DNA of 44,361 nucleotides from a virus (Duplodnaviria; Caudoviricetes). Each line of letters starts with the position of its first letter. Position 1 is the stretch's first letter. Positions 14,366 through 25,067 of the stretch are shown here, piece after piece. The notes beneath the pieces are model-generated. The model saw nothing but the letters and a program-made list of their open reading frames with translations. It did no database searches and was not told the origin of the DNA. The DNA is taken from positions 1-44,361 of IMG/VR virus record IMGVR_UViG_3300012940_000010. One strand, written 5' to 3'. The position numbers were made by a program, and so were the translations under genes.

Positions 14366-15689
14366 TCGCCTCCGTCATTACAAGCCTTACGGCAAACAGA
14401 GGGAATTCCACGCTTCAGGGCTGCTCTACAGGGAGCGGCTTTTTATGGCCGGAAACCAGTTGGGTAAGACGCTCTCCGGCGCGGCTGAATGCTCGATGCA
14501 TCTCACCGGGGAGTATCCCGACTGGTGGGAAGGCAAGCGTTATGACAAGCCGATCATCCTGATCGCTGGTTCGGAGTCCGCAGAACTGACGCGCGATGGC
14601 GTCCAGCGCCTTCTCGTTGGTCCGCCTGACCGCGAAGAAGATTGGGGCACGGGATTTATCCCGCAGCGCTGCATCGTCGCTAGAACGCGGCGTACGGGCG
14701 TTTCCAACGCGCTCGATACAGTCACGGTCAAGCATGTGAGTGGCGGCCAATCCACGCTCTACCTCAAGAGCTACGATCAGGGCCGCTCAAAGTGGCAGGC
14801 CAACACGGTTGACTTCGTGTGGTTCGATGAAGAACCGCCAGAGGATGTGTATTTCGAGGGCATAACGCGCACCAACGCGACCAAGGGGTCGGTGATGGTG
14901 ACGTTTACGCCTCTCAAGGGCATGTCTTCGGTTGTCGCTCGCTTTCTCCTGGAGGAAAGCCCTGACCGACAGACGGTCACGATGACCATTGAGGACGCGG
15001 AGCATTTTACCCCCGAAGAGCGGGAAAAGATCATCGCCTCCTATCCCGTTCATGAGCGGGAAGCGAGGACGAAGGGTATCCCGACGATGGGGTCGGGCCT
15101 CATCTTCCCGGTTCTGGAAGAAGAGATAATTGTCGAGCCGTTCGATATCCCGAAGCACTGGGCGCAAATTTGCGGGCTTGACTTCGGTTGGGACCATCCA
15201 ACAGCAGCGGCGCATCTGGCATGGGATCGCGACGCGGACGTTGTGTATCTGGTCAAGGATTATCGGCAACGTCAGCAGACGCCGATCTTCCATGCTGCTG
15301 CATTGAAGCAGTGGGGCGATTGGCTGCCTTGGGCGTGGCCGCACGATGGCAACAACGACACGGCAGCGGGTGAGAACCTCTCGAAGCAGTATCGGGACCA
15401 GGGGCTGAATATGCTGCCGGAGAGGGCGACGTTCCCGGACGGCAGCAACAGCGTTGAGGCCGGATTGATGGACATGCTTGATCGCATGCTCACGGGCCGG
15501 TGGAAGGTATTCAGGACTTGCGGCGCTTGGCTTGAGGAACGGCGTTTGTATCACCGTGTGGACGGAAAGGTTGTGAAAGAGCGCGATGACGCGATTTCCG
15601 CCTCTCGTTACGCGCTGATGATGCTGCGCTCCGCCAAGACTAAGCCGAAAGACAATGATTGGGGGTTCAAGCCCCGTAAGGTGGTATAA
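14310..15689 (+). CDS. terL: terminase large subunit, P22-like (alternative starts 14253/14286)
   Basis: Walker A AGNQLGKT, Walker B VWFDEEP, TFTP coupling motif, nuclease GLDFGWDHP and DDAISASRYA. Confidence 0.95.
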   Translation: MLRERAELAAALDRRLRTNRLRHYKPYGKQREFHASGLLYRERLFMAGNQLGKTLSGAAECSMHLTGEYPDWWEGKRYDKPIILIAGSESAELTRDGVQRLLVGPPDREEDWGTGFIPQRCIVARTRRTGVSNALDTVTVKHVSGGQSTLYLKSYDQGRSKWQANTVDFVWFDEEPPEDVYFEGITRTNATKGSVMVTFTPLKGMSSVVARFLLEESPDRQTVTMTIEDAEHFTPEEREKIIASYPVHEREARTKGIPTMGSGLIFPVLEEEIIVEPFDIPKHWAQICGLDFGWDHPTAAAHLAWDRDADVVYLVKDYRQRQQTPIFHAAALKQWGDWLPWAWPHDGNNDTAAGENLSKQYRDQGLNMLPERATFPDGSNSVEAGLMDMLDRMLTGRWKVFRTCGAWLEERRLYHRVDGKVVKERDDAISASRYALMMLRSAKTKPKDNDWGFKPRKVV

Positions 15690-17933
15690 ATGGCCGATCT
15701 GGACGAGGAAAAGCTTTGCGGCATAGTCTCCGTCCTGGTCAAGGATGCCGAAGACTACCGCGACGAGCGCTCCGATGATCGCCTCAAGGCTATTCGCTAC
15801 TTCGACGGCGATGCCGAAGATATGCAGGAGTACATCCCTGCCGACAAGGGCAAGAGCCACGTTGTCAGCCGGGATGTTCGTTCCGCCATCAAGAAGGTTC
15901 TGCCATCGATCTACCGCACCATCCTCGGCAATGATGAGATTGTCGAATACCAGCCTGTAGGCGAGGGCGACGAGGAAAGCGCAGAGCAGGCCACGGATTA
16001 CATCAATTACGTGGTGTTGCCGGAGTGTGACGGCAGGCAGGCTATTGAGGATGCCATCAACGATGCTGTCCGGCTTCGTAATGGCATTATCAAGTGGTGG
16101 CAGGAAACCACCATCGACGTAAAGACCAGCCTGCACACCGGCCTTGATGAGATGGCGTTTGCCCAACTTGTCGCGGATGACGATGTGGAGGTGCTGGAGC
16201 ATTCCGAGCGGCTTGAACGGATAGAGACGCCGCAGGGCGTTGTCGAGGTTCCCTCGCATGACGTGAAGATCAAGCGCCGCATCACCACCTCAAGGCCGAA
16301 TATCGCTGCTGTCCCGCTGGAGAACTGGCTTATCCATCCTGACGCGATCAGGCTGGAGGATAGCCCTATTGTTGGCGAGAATTGCCGTCTTCGCCGCTCC
16401 GATCTGGTGAAGATGGGCTACCCGAAAGAGAAGGTTTGGGAGCTCCCGGCCTGCTCTGCCAATTCCTCCGAACAGGAGATCGAGGAAGACGCACGCCGCC
16501 GCGATATCGAGCAGAATGAGGATGCCCCGCAAAGGGCGCTGGACGAGATCGAATATTACGATCTGCTCGTTCGCGTGGACTATGACGATGACGGCATTGC
16601 CGAATTGCGCCGCATGGTGTTCGCGGGCGGCATCAAGGCTGAATACCTGCTCGAAAACACCGAGTGGGATGAGGTCAATTACGCTGACATTGTGAGCGAA
16701 CGTCGCCCGCATCAGTGGGAAGGTAATTCGGTCTCCGACGATGTGATGGAGATTCAGAAGGTCAAGACCGTCCTTCTGCGCCAGACGATGGATAACATCT
16801 ACTGGCAGAACAATCTTCAGCCGGTCGTTGTCGAGGGTGATGTCGTAAACCCGGACGCGGTGCTCAATCCCGAGTTCGGCAAGGCCATTCGCCTTCGTGA
16901 TGGCTCCGATGCCAGAACGGCCATTGGCTACAATGTCGTTCCGCTGGTCGCTGACAAGTCCTTTGCGATGCTGTCCTACATGGACGAGGAGATGACGGAC
17001 CGTACGGGCATTTCCGATGCCTCCAGCGGTATGGCCCCCGACGCATTGCAGAACATGACGGCAAAAGCCTCTGCGATGGTCGAGCAGGCAGGCATCGGCC
17101 AGACGGAAATGATGGTCCGCTGCATTGCGCAGTCGCTGAAGCCTGTCTTCCGGGGCCTTCTGAAGCTGGTTATCCAGCACCAGGACAAGCCGCGCACCGT
17201 TCGCCTGCGTGACAAGTGGGTTACGTTCGATCCGCGCACATGGAACGCGGACATGGACGCCATCGTAAATGTTGGCCTTGGCGCTGGCACTCGCGAGCGC
17301 GACATGATGGCGATGCAGCAGGTTATCACGCTGCAAAAGGAGATACTGGCCTCCATGGGGCCGGGTGTCGGCATGCAGTATGTCACGCCCGACAACCTTT
17401 ACAACGCGATCTCGAAGTTCGTCGAGGCGGCAGGGCTTAAATCTGTCGGACTGTACTTCACCAAGCCCGAGCCGGAGGCGATACAGCAGGCCATCCAGTC
17501 TCAGAGCCAGCAGCCCAGCCCGGAGGAGATCAAGGCTCAGACGGCTCTTGCGGTCGAAGACAAGCGCACTGAGCGCGAGGTGATCAAATCGCAGGTTCAG
17601 GCACAGGTCAAGCGCGAGGAAGCCCAGCTCAAGGCCGAGGTTGACGCCAATCGCGAGCGTGAGCAGCGTGACGCTGACCTGATCACGAATATGGCTGAAC
17701 TGGATCGCGAGGCGGCTACCGAGCAGCAGCGCATCGAAGCTGAGGCCATGGACCACGAGGCCGACCGGCAGCTTAAGCGCGATGAGATGGCGCTGGATTA
17801 CCGCATGCATCGCGAGGACATCGCATCTCGCGAGCAGGTGGCGGCGCACAACGCCCGCGCGAACATCCAGAAGGCTCAGGCCCAGAGCATAGGCAAGGCC
17901 TTCGAGAAGAATGAGAAGGCTGCGAGCAAGTGA
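15690..17933 (+). CDS. portal protein
   Basis: 747 aa directly after terL, with a long Q/E-rich C-terminal coiled coil typical of podoviral portals. Confidence 0.88.
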   Translation: MADLDEEKLCGIVSVLVKDAEDYRDERSDDRLKAIRYFDGDAEDMQEYIPADKGKSHVVSRDVRSAIKKVLPSIYRTILGNDEIVEYQPVGEGDEESAEQATDYINYVVLPECDGRQAIEDAINDAVRLRNGIIKWWQETTIDVKTSLHTGLDEMAFAQLVADDDVEVLEHSERLERIETPQGVVEVPSHDVKIKRRITTSRPNIAAVPLENWLIHPDAIRLEDSPIVGENCRLRRSDLVKMGYPKEKVWELPACSANSSEQEIEEDARRRDIEQNEDAPQRALDEIEYYDLLVRVDYDDDGIAELRRMVFAGGIKAEYLLENTEWDEVNYADIVSERRPHQWEGNSVSDDVMEIQKVKTVLLRQTMDNIYWQNNLQPVVVEGDVVNPDAVLNPEFGKAIRLRDGSDARTAIGYNVVPLVADKSFAMLSYMDEEMTDRTGISDASSGMAPDALQNMTAKASAMVEQAGIGQTEMMVRCIAQSLKPVFRGLLKLVIQHQDKPRTVRLRDKWVTFDPRTWNADMDAIVNVGLGAGTRERDMMAMQQVITLQKEILASMGPGVGMQYVTPDNLYNAISKFVEAAGLKSVGLYFTKPEPEAIQQAIQSQSQQPSPEEIKAQTALAVEDKRTEREVIKSQVQAQVKREEAQLKAEVDANREREQRDADLITNMAELDREAATEQQRIEAEAMDHEADRQLKRDEMALDYRMHREDIASREQVAAHNARANIQKAQAQSIGKAFEKNEKAASK

Positions 17934-18169
17934 CGGACGAGGACCGCAAGAGGGCCGCTCAGGCATTCCTTGAATTTCCGTTTGTCCAGCAGCTTTTCGA
18001 TGAATTGGAGCAGGCAGCGGTTAATGCCTGCATCTTTGCAAAACACGACGATCACGAGGGCAGGCAGGCGCATGCAGCCGAGGCCCGCGCGATCAAGCGA
18101 ATTCGCCAGCGATTGGAAGTCCTCTCCAAGGAAGACCACGCCAACGCTGCGCGAAAAGCGCCCGCATAA
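17930..18169 (+). CDS. small conserved head-module protein
   Basis: 79 aa between portal and scaffold. Confidence 0.7.
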   Translation: MTDEDRKRAAQAFLEFPFVQQLFDELEQAAVNACIFAKHDDHEGRQAHAAEARAIKRIRQRLEVLSKEDHANAARKAPA

Positions 18170-18198
18170 GGACGGGCGACAACTCCACCGGAGAAAAC

Positions 18199-19185
18199 AT
18201 GTCTGAAGCAGCCACGACCCCGGCAGGTTTGTCCGGGAGTGATAGCGTTCAACCCTCAATCAGCCTCGAAGACGCTGCCGACATCGACTTCTATGATCCT
18301 GGCGAAGAAGATCAGGAGACCGTGGAAGGCGCTGAAGAGCAGCATTCGGACGTTGAGACGGATGAGGCCGAAGGCCAAGAGACCGACGACATTGAAGCCT
18401 CAGAGGGCGGCGATGACGTGGAAGAGTCTGACGGTGAGGGAGAGGCAGAAGCCTCGACCCCTGAACCGGACGACAGCGCCACAATCACCGTTGACGGCCA
18501 GACGCTCACCATTGGTGAGCTGAAGAAGGGCTACTTCCGAGAGGCGGATTACACGCGCCAAAAGCAGCAGGTTTCCCAAAAGGAACGTGACCTTGAGGCG
18601 CTAACAGCCCGCGTGACCACTTCGGTCAACGCCATCGCAGAGTTCCTGTCCAAGCAGATACCTGACGCCCCTGATGCGTCCTTGGCTATGACGGACCCCG
18701 GTCGCTATGTCCGGGAGAAGGCGCAGCATGAGGCCGCAGTGGTCCAGATCAACGCGATCCTGGAGCAGGCCAACGCCCCGAAGGAAGTTGCGGAAACGCT
18801 GACCGCCGAGCAGCGCAAGACCCTCCTTGCCGAGGAAAATGCAAAGCTGGTTGAGGCATTCCCGCAGACAGCCACGGAGGAAGGCCGCAAGAAGTTCTTC
18901 GAGACCGCCGCAGGCGTTGCTCGTGAGCTTGGCTATTCCGACGCGGAAATCGGGGAAGCGATCGACCATCGCCTGTTCAAGCTGGCTCACTACGCCGCGC
19001 TTGGCATGCAGGCCGAAAAGGCAAGGGCAAAGGCAGCGAAGAAGGTGGAGAACAAGCCGCCTGTCGCACCGCAGAAGCGCCAACCCGGCGCTAACGCGGC
19101 GAAGGCTGCGAAGAACAGGGAAGCGATGAAGAGGCTGTCCCGTACGGGATCGATAGCCGACGCAATGGCAATCGATTTCGATTGA
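18199..19185 (+). CDS. capsid scaffolding protein
   Basis: Very acidic N-terminus, VDG...ELKKGYFREADYTRQKQ motif, basic C-terminus; precedes the MCP. Confidence 0.85.
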   Translation: MSEAATTPAGLSGSDSVQPSISLEDAADIDFYDPGEEDQETVEGAEEQHSDVETDEAEGQETDDIEASEGGDDVEESDGEGEAEASTPEPDDSATITVDGQTLTIGELKKGYFREADYTRQKQQVSQKERDLEALTARVTTSVNAIAEFLSKQIPDAPDASLAMTDPGRYVREKAQHEAAVVQINAILEQANAPKEVAETLTAEQRKTLLAEENAKLVEAFPQTATEEGRKKFFETAAGVARELGYSDAEIGEAIDHRLFKLAHYAALGMQAEKARAKAAKKVENKPPVAPQKRQPGANAAKAAKNREAMKRLSRTGSIADAMAIDFD

Positions 19186-19210
19186 CCAACCTTCATCATA
19201 GGAGGCCATA

Positions 19211-20206
19211 ATGGCCGCGCTTGCAAACACTCAGTTGACGACTCTTTCGGTCGGCAACCGCGAAGAACTGTCGGACGTGGTGTCTCGCATCACGCCCGAG
19301 GATACCCCGATCTATTCGGACATGGGCAAAGGGAAAGCCTCTTCTGTCCACCCCGAATGGGAAACCGACGAACTGGCCGCCCCGGCTGCCAACATCCAGA
19401 CTGAAGGTGATGAATACACCTTCGGTGCGATCACCCCGCCCGCCCGCCTCGGCAACTACACCCAGATCATGCGCAAGGAGTTCATCATCTCCAACACGCA
19501 GGAGACGGTGGATGAGGCTGGTAACGTCCAGAAGCGCAAGTATCAGAAGCTCAAGAAGGGCATCGAGCTTCGCAAGGACGTTGAGCTTGCGATTGTCACC
19601 AACAACGCCTCCGTTGCTGGTGCGACCCGTGAGTTCGGTGGTCTGCCGACCTGGATCGAGACCAACGTCAACCGTGGCGGCGGCTCGGGTGCCAATGGTG
19701 GTTTCGACGTGAACACGGGCCTGACGGTCGCCGCAACGGACGGCACACAGCGCGCTTTCACGAAGACCATCATGGATGACGTGATGAAGCAGGGCTATGA
19801 GAGCGGGGCCAACTTCCGCAACCTCTACGTCTCGCCTTACGTCAAGTCGGTGTTCGTCACCTTCATGTCGGACAACAACGTAGCTTCGTTCCGCTACGCG
19901 GCGCAGAACGGCAACAACAACAGCATCGTGTCGAATGCGGACATCTACGAAGGTCCGTTCGGCAAGGTGTTCGTGAAGCCGAACCGCGTCATGGCTGTCT
20001 CGGCGGGTGTGGCTCGCAATGCCTTCTTCGTGGACACTTCCATGCTCTCGTTCCTCTGGCTCCGCAAGATCCACGAGGACAAGAACCTCGCCAAGACCGG
20101 TGACGCTGAAAAGTGCGTCCTCATCGGTGAGGGCACCCTGAAGGTCCATAACGAAGCGGGCATCGGCGTTGCCGCTGACCTCTTCGGGTTGACCTCCAGC
20201 AGCTAA
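19211..20206 (+). CDS. major capsid protein (DUF5309/SU10-type)
   Basis: GNREELSDVVSRITPEDTP...HPEWETDEL...EGD...NYTQI...LAKTGDAEK; GGAGG SD; followed by a terminator. Confidence 0.92.
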   Translation: MAALANTQLTTLSVGNREELSDVVSRITPEDTPIYSDMGKGKASSVHPEWETDELAAPAANIQTEGDEYTFGAITPPARLGNYTQIMRKEFIISNTQETVDEAGNVQKRKYQKLKKGIELRKDVELAIVTNNASVAGATREFGGLPTWIETNVNRGGGSGANGGFDVNTGLTVAATDGTQRAFTKTIMDDVMKQGYESGANFRNLYVSPYVKSVFVTFMSDNNVASFRYAAQNGNNNSIVSNADIYEGPFGKVFVKPNRVMAVSAGVARNAFFVDTSMLSFLWLRKIHEDKNLAKTGDAEKCVLIGEGTLKVHNEAGIGVAADLFGLTSSS

Positions 20207-20231
20207 AGCCTTTCCGGCATAAAACCAACAG

Positions 20232-20262
20232 GGCCTCGCATCCGTGCGGGGCCTTTTCTTTT
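20232..20262 (+). terminator. Rho-independent terminator after the MCP
   Basis: GGCCTCGCA-TCCG-TGCGGGGCC-TTTTCTTTT. Confidence 0.85.
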
Positions 20263-20272
20263 GGAGATAAGC

Positions 20273-20452
20273 ATGACCGACGAAAAGAAGACCTCTGCCA
20301 AGGAAAAGACCATTGCAGTCCGCGTAATGCGCGACTTCTGGATTGGCGAGGGCGATAACGTCGAGCGTATCCGCAAGGGCACCATTGTCGATGTTTCGAT
20401 TGAAACCGCGCTCGATGGCGTCGAATCCGGCGCTCTGTCGCGGGTGAAGTAA
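20273..20452 (+). CDS. small head-associated protein
   Basis: GGAG SD; 59 aa after the MCP. Confidence 0.65.
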   Translation: MTDEKKTSAKEKTIAVRVMRDFWIGEGDNVERIRKGTIVDVSIETALDGVESGALSRVK

Positions 20453-20454
20453 GT

Positions 20455-20808
20455 ATGAGGGCCGCCGACCTTGGGCCTGCCATCCGCGATGGCGATGGCT
20501 GGCAGCTATACGAATACGATCCCGTCACCGGACGTAGCGTATGGATGCTCCAGGACGGCGATAAAACCGTTTTCCGCGTCGATACGCCCGTTCAGGCCTC
20601 GATTGACGAGAATACGGCCATCCGCAATGCCACGCCTGATGGATGGAAGGGCGATTGGCACCGCGTTGCCAGTGTCCCGATGCAATTGCTCTACGACGAG
20701 AACCTTGGCCTGAACAAGGCCCTCCAGCAGGGCGACGACAGGTATCTGTCGCGTTGGCTGAATGACTCTCAGAACAGAGCGTGGCGCGTGAAGGAAGGAA
20801 ACGTCTGA
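20455..20808 (+). CDS. conserved virion-module protein
   Basis: 117 aa; VASVP...RWLNDSQNRAWR motif; synteny. Confidence 0.7.
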   Translation: MRAADLGPAIRDGDGWQLYEYDPVTGRSVWMLQDGDKTVFRVDTPVQASIDENTAIRNATPDGWKGDWHRVASVPMQLLYDENLGLNKALQQGDDRYLSRWLNDSQNRAWRVKEGNV

Positions 20809-21386
20809 TGGCAGCCTTCCAGGACTACCTCGATTTGCGCCTTGCTGTTGCCGATCATGTTGGCAACAGGACCATATCGGATGTCATGCCGCGCCTTGTG
20901 GCGATGGCGGAAGCCGATCTGAACCAGAAACTCCGCTGCCGTCAGCAGGTTGCCACTGAAACGCTCATCTTCAACGAGGGTGAGGCGCAGTTGCCTGCCG
21001 ACTACCTCGAAATGATCGCGCTGTATGACCCGAATGGCTACCCAATTCGTCAGGGCAACTTTGTGGAGGCCAAGCGCGGCTGCTCTTATGCCGTGGATGG
21101 CAATTACGCCTATCTCGGCAATTACACGGGCGAGCGTGACGCCACCTACTACGCCAGGATCAAGCCGCTGAAATGCGCTCCAGCGCATAGCAACTGGCTC
21201 CTGAACGATTTCCCCGAGGTCTATCTCTACGCCGTATCCATACAGGCGGCGAAATACCTGCGGGACATGGAGGTTGCGCTTGCCACAGCCCCGTTGCTCG
21301 AAAACGCATTGAAGTCCCTGAAGATCAGCGATGACCGTGCCCGCTGGGCGCAGTCAACCGTTCGCGTCGGAGGTTTGACCCCTTGA
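20808..21386 (+). CDS. head-tail adaptor protein
   Basis: MAEADLNQKLR...LPADYLEM...NWLLNDFPEVYLYA pattern. Confidence 0.75.
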   Translation: MAAFQDYLDLRLAVADHVGNRTISDVMPRLVAMAEADLNQKLRCRQQVATETLIFNEGEAQLPADYLEMIALYDPNGYPIRQGNFVEAKRGCSYAVDGNYAYLGNYTGERDATYYARIKPLKCAPAHSNWLLNDFPEVYLYAVSIQAAKYLRDMEVALATAPLLENALKSLKISDDRARWAQSTVRVGGLTP

Positions 21387-22000
21387 CCCTCCTGACCATT
21401 TCCCAAGCCGTAGCGAAGAATATCGGCATAGAGCCTCCGCAGTCGATCCAGAGTACTAACCCTGACGCGGTGAAGCTTGTCCAGTTCATCAACGAGGCCG
21501 GTAGCGAGCTAGCGCGGCGGGTGGACTGGAATGCCCTGACGCGCCGCCACCAGATAACCGGCGTTGGCGTGGATCAGGAATACGCTCTTGCGCCTGATCA
21601 CGACAGATTCGCTGATGGCATGTGCGTCTCGGCTGATGGATACCCGATCAGGGGCGGTCTCAGCGCTGATGAGTGGTTTTCCCTTACGCCCGTTGACGGG
21701 ATGCCGCGCTTTTTCCGCTCCGCGAACATGATGATCTCGTTCTATCCCTATCCGATGCTAGGGCAGGACATCTTCGTCTCGTACCAGTCGAAGAATTGGG
21801 CCAAGGATGCATCGGGCGATGCGAAGCCCGTCATGGATACGGACGGCGACGAATCCTTCCTGCCCGATGAACTCTTGCAGCGTGGCGCTATATGGCGCTT
21901 TCTGCGCCATTTGGGCCGTGATTTCAGCGACTATCTGGCCGAATACGAGGCTGCGATTGTCGATTACGCCGTCGCAGAGAATGGCGAGCGCCAGCCATGA
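21383..22000 (+). CDS. second adaptor / tail tubular protein
   Basis: 205 aa; synteny before the nozzle gene. Confidence 0.65.
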   Translation: MTLLTISQAVAKNIGIEPPQSIQSTNPDAVKLVQFINEAGSELARRVDWNALTRRHQITGVGVDQEYALAPDHDRFADGMCVSADGYPIRGGLSADEWFSLTPVDGMPRFFRSANMMISFYPYPMLGQDIFVSYQSKNWAKDASGDAKPVMDTDGDESFLPDELLQRGAIWRFLRHLGRDFSDYLAEYEAAIVDYAVAENGERQP

Positions 22001-23583
22001 AGATACGGCAGGCTCGCGTTCAGGCCCGACCGGAATCGCAAAAGGCGAAAACGCAGCAGACCTATTCATGGCCCGCCCCGACGATGGGATGGGTTGCCAA
22101 TGCCAATCTTGCCGTTTCCCAACCCGGGGCGGCGTATCACATCGAGAACTTTTTCCCGACAGCCACGGGTCTCTTGCTCCGTAGGGGGAGCCAGACCTTC
22201 AAGGAGATCGACGGCGCTGTCCGTTCGATGTTTTCCTACACGTCGGGAAGCTTCAAGCGGTTCTTTGCCGCCACCGACAGCGACATCTATGACATTACGC
22301 TGACGGAAACGAGCGTCCTTAGCGATCAGACGGGCGGGAAGTGGGTAGTTGCGCAGGCAGAATCCAGCGACGACGGCGCTATCTATCTTCGCGGTGTGAA
22401 TGGCGATGATACGCCATGGGTTTATGACGGTTCGAGTTTTTCGGACGAACCCGCTCTGACCTTCCCTGAAGATGAGACCGTATCGCCCGAAGACCTAAGC
22501 CATGTGTGGACGTTCAAGGAGCGATTCTTTTTCATCGAAAAGGAGACGATGAACGCTTGGTATCTGCCGGTCGGGCAGATCGGTGGCGAGCTTGCGAAAT
22601 TCTCGCTCGGCGGTCTGTTCAAGCTGGGTGGCTATCTGGTCATGGGGGCCACATGGTCACGCGATACCGGCTCCGGCATGAACGCCATGTGCGTGTTCTT
22701 CTCGTCAGAAGGCGAGGCGGCAGTCTATCAGGGCGACAACCCCGCCTCGGCTGACTCATGGCAGCTTGTGGGTGTGTTCCGCACAGGGCGGCCTCTAGGC
22801 CCGAATACTACGATTGACGCAGGCGGCGATATCGTGGTGGCAACCGATGTTGGCTTTGTGCCGCTCTCGACTGCCTTGCAGACGGATTTTGCCATTCTTG
22901 GCAATGCCGCGCTTTCAGAGAACATAGTGGATGCGTGGCGGGATGAGGCCTTCTCGCGTTCGGGGCTGGAATGGAACGTCGCTTTCTGGTCCCGCATGCA
23001 GATGGTCATCGTTGCACTGCCGCCACTTCCCGGCGAAGTGCCTGTCTGGTGGGTTGTCAATGCCCGAACTCGCGCCTGGGCACCGTTCAAGGGCTGGGGT
23101 GCGACCTGCCTGCATATCTATGATGACCGCTGTTTCTTCGGCACGGAGGACGGCGAGATCATCGAAGCGAACGTCTCAGGCACAGATAACGGCGATGCCT
23201 ACACGGGCGTTTGCGTCCCGATGTTCGACCAGATGGGCGTTGTCGGCCACAAGAACGTCTCCATGTTGCGGGCGGTGGTTCGCTCCCCCTTCCCGGTCAG
23301 GGAGCGGCTTTCGGTGCAGTCCGACTATACGTTGAACATCCCGCCGCCTCCCGACGCTCCTGCCGTCGATGCCGGGGATGTGTGGGGTTCTGCCGTTTGG
23401 GGTTCCGCGCAGTGGGGCGAGCCGAGAGAGGGCAAGAACGTCTACCAGATATGGCGTTCCGCCTTCGGAGATGGCGAAGTGCACGCGCCTTGCATACAGA
23501 TCACGAGCGGCGACCTTACGCCACTGGATGCCGAACTGGTTCGCATTGATGCGACGTTCACCTCCGGTGAGGTTGTGGTGTGA
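21997..23583 (+). CDS. tail nozzle / DNA stabilisation protein (P22 gp10-like position)
   Basis: 528-aa beta-rich protein in the podoviral tail module. Confidence 0.7.
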   Translation: MKIRQARVQARPESQKAKTQQTYSWPAPTMGWVANANLAVSQPGAAYHIENFFPTATGLLLRRGSQTFKEIDGAVRSMFSYTSGSFKRFFAATDSDIYDITLTETSVLSDQTGGKWVVAQAESSDDGAIYLRGVNGDDTPWVYDGSSFSDEPALTFPEDETVSPEDLSHVWTFKERFFFIEKETMNAWYLPVGQIGGELAKFSLGGLFKLGGYLVMGATWSRDTGSGMNAMCVFFSSEGEAAVYQGDNPASADSWQLVGVFRTGRPLGPNTTIDAGGDIVVATDVGFVPLSTALQTDFAILGNAALSENIVDAWRDEAFSRSGLEWNVAFWSRMQMVIVALPPLPGEVPVWWVVNARTRAWAPFKGWGATCLHIYDDRCFFGTEDGEIIEANVSGTDNGDAYTGVCVPMFDQMGVVGHKNVSMLRAVVRSPFPVRERLSVQSDYTLNIPPPPDAPAVDAGDVWGSAVWGSAQWGEPREGKNVYQIWRSAFGDGEVHAPCIQITSGDLTPLDAELVRIDATFTSGEVVV

Positions 23584-24047
23584 ACATAATATGGGGTGGG
23601 GACAGAAACCCCGATATCAATCTCGCGCTGGGGAACTGGTGCGCTACACATATCGGACTCCCAAGGGGTTTGGAAGAACCATATACGACCATGGGGGTCT
23701 TTGACGGTGACACGCTGATCGCGGTCATTCTGTACAACAACTACAACCCGGAAGCACAGGTCATCGAGTTCCACGGGGCATCGACAGACAGGCGGTGGCT
23801 TAACCGCAAGACCCTTTGGGCGATGTTCTCATACCCGTTCAACGGCATCGGTTGCCAGATGGTGGTGACGCGCAACTCCGAGCGCAACACCATGTGGAAC
23901 GGGCGCGGGCTTCACCGTCTGCTCAAGGCATACGGGTTTAATTCATACCGCATACCACGCCTTCTTGGGCGGGATGAGGATGAGATCATTTGGACGCTCA
24001 CCGAGGAAGATTGGCGAGCGAACGGGTTTCATAAGGGAAACGCCTGA
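23580..24047 (+). CDS. GNAT-fold virion assembly protein
   Basis: FSYPFNGIGCQMV...LLKAYGF; conserved position before the ejection proteins. Confidence 0.7.
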   Translation: MNIIWGGDRNPDINLALGNWCATHIGLPRGLEEPYTTMGVFDGDTLIAVILYNNYNPEAQVIEFHGASTDRRWLNRKTLWAMFSYPFNGIGCQMVVTRNSERNTMWNGRGLHRLLKAYGFNSYRIPRLLGRDEDEIIWTLTEEDWRANGFHKGNA

Positions 24048-25066
24048 TGGGTAGTAAATCAAAAGCTCCAAAGCCGCCAGATCCGAAGGAGACGTCCGCA
24101 GCCAGCACGTCCACAAACGTTGGCACGGCCATTGCCAATGCATTCCTTGGCAATGTCAATCAGATCACCCCTGACGGCTCGCTTACCTACGATCAGACGG
24201 GCACGTTCGATTGGTACGATCCCTATACTGGCAGAACCTACAAGATACCGACGTTCACGGCCACGCAGGAGCTTTCCCAGCAGCAGCAGGCCATCAAGGA
24301 GCAGACGGACGCGGCAGAACTGAACCTTGCAGGACTGGCTAACCAGCAGTCCGGCTTCCTTCAAGACTACCTTGCCAAGCCGTTTGAGTACGACAACCAG
24401 GATGTTGAGAATTGGGCTTATGACCTCGGTTCGCAGCGCCTGGACCCGCGCTTTGCCAAAGAGGAAGAGGCTCTACGGACGCGCCTTCTCAATTCCGGCA
24501 TCCGCGAGGGGTCGGCGGCGTGGAACAGCGAAATGGAGCGTCTGTCGCAGGGCAAGAACGACGCCTACAATCAGTTGATGCTACAGGGGCGCGCGCAGGC
24601 CTACCAGGAGGCTCTTGCGGGCAGAAATCAGCCAATCAACGAAATTACGGCCCTTTTGTCCGGCTCGCAGGTCTCGCAGCCGAATTTCGTCAGCACCAAC
24701 ATGCCCACCATCCCCACGACCGATGTGGGCGGGCTTATCAATCAGAACTATCAGCAGAAGCTTGCCGCATGGCAGCAGGAGCAGGCGGGGCTTGGCGGTC
24801 TCTTCTCTGGCCTCGGCTCGCTTGCTGGGGGGCTTATCGGGCTCTCTGACGACAAGGCGAAGAAGAACAAGAAGCGCCATGGCGATATCGAGGGCGAAAT
24901 GGGCGTCTGGTCCTTCAACTACAAGGACGAGCCTGCCGGAACGCCGAAGCATGTCGGCCTGATGGCTTCTGAGGTGGAGAAGGTGAAGCCTTCCGCCGTC
25001 AAGAAGGGCAAGGACGGTCTCAAGCGCGTCGATTACGGCAAGGCGCTCGGGCTGATGGGGGCTTAA
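24047..25066 (+). CDS. internal virion (ejection) protein with C-terminal S74-like domain
   Basis: MGSKSKAPKPPDP N-terminus, Gly-rich hydrophobic stretch, then SDDKAK...VGLMASEVEKVKPSAV...VDY. Confidence 0.75.
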   Translation: MGSKSKAPKPPDPKETSAASTSTNVGTAIANAFLGNVNQITPDGSLTYDQTGTFDWYDPYTGRTYKIPTFTATQELSQQQQAIKEQTDAAELNLAGLANQQSGFLQDYLAKPFEYDNQDVENWAYDLGSQRLDPRFAKEEEALRTRLLNSGIREGSAAWNSEMERLSQGKNDAYNQLMLQGRAQAYQEALAGRNQPINEITALLSGSQVSQPNFVSTNMPTIPTTDVGGLINQNYQQKLAAWQQEQAGLGGLFSGLGSLAGGLIGLSDDKAKKNKKRHGDIEGEMGVWSFNYKDEPAGTPKHVGLMASEVEKVKPSAVKKGKDGLKRVDYGKALGLMGA

Positions 25067-25067
25067 T

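Noticed and set aside
14787-17966. Long antisense ORFs (490 and 558 aa) opposite terL/portal
   Set aside because: Shadow frames of GC-rich genes with no motifs
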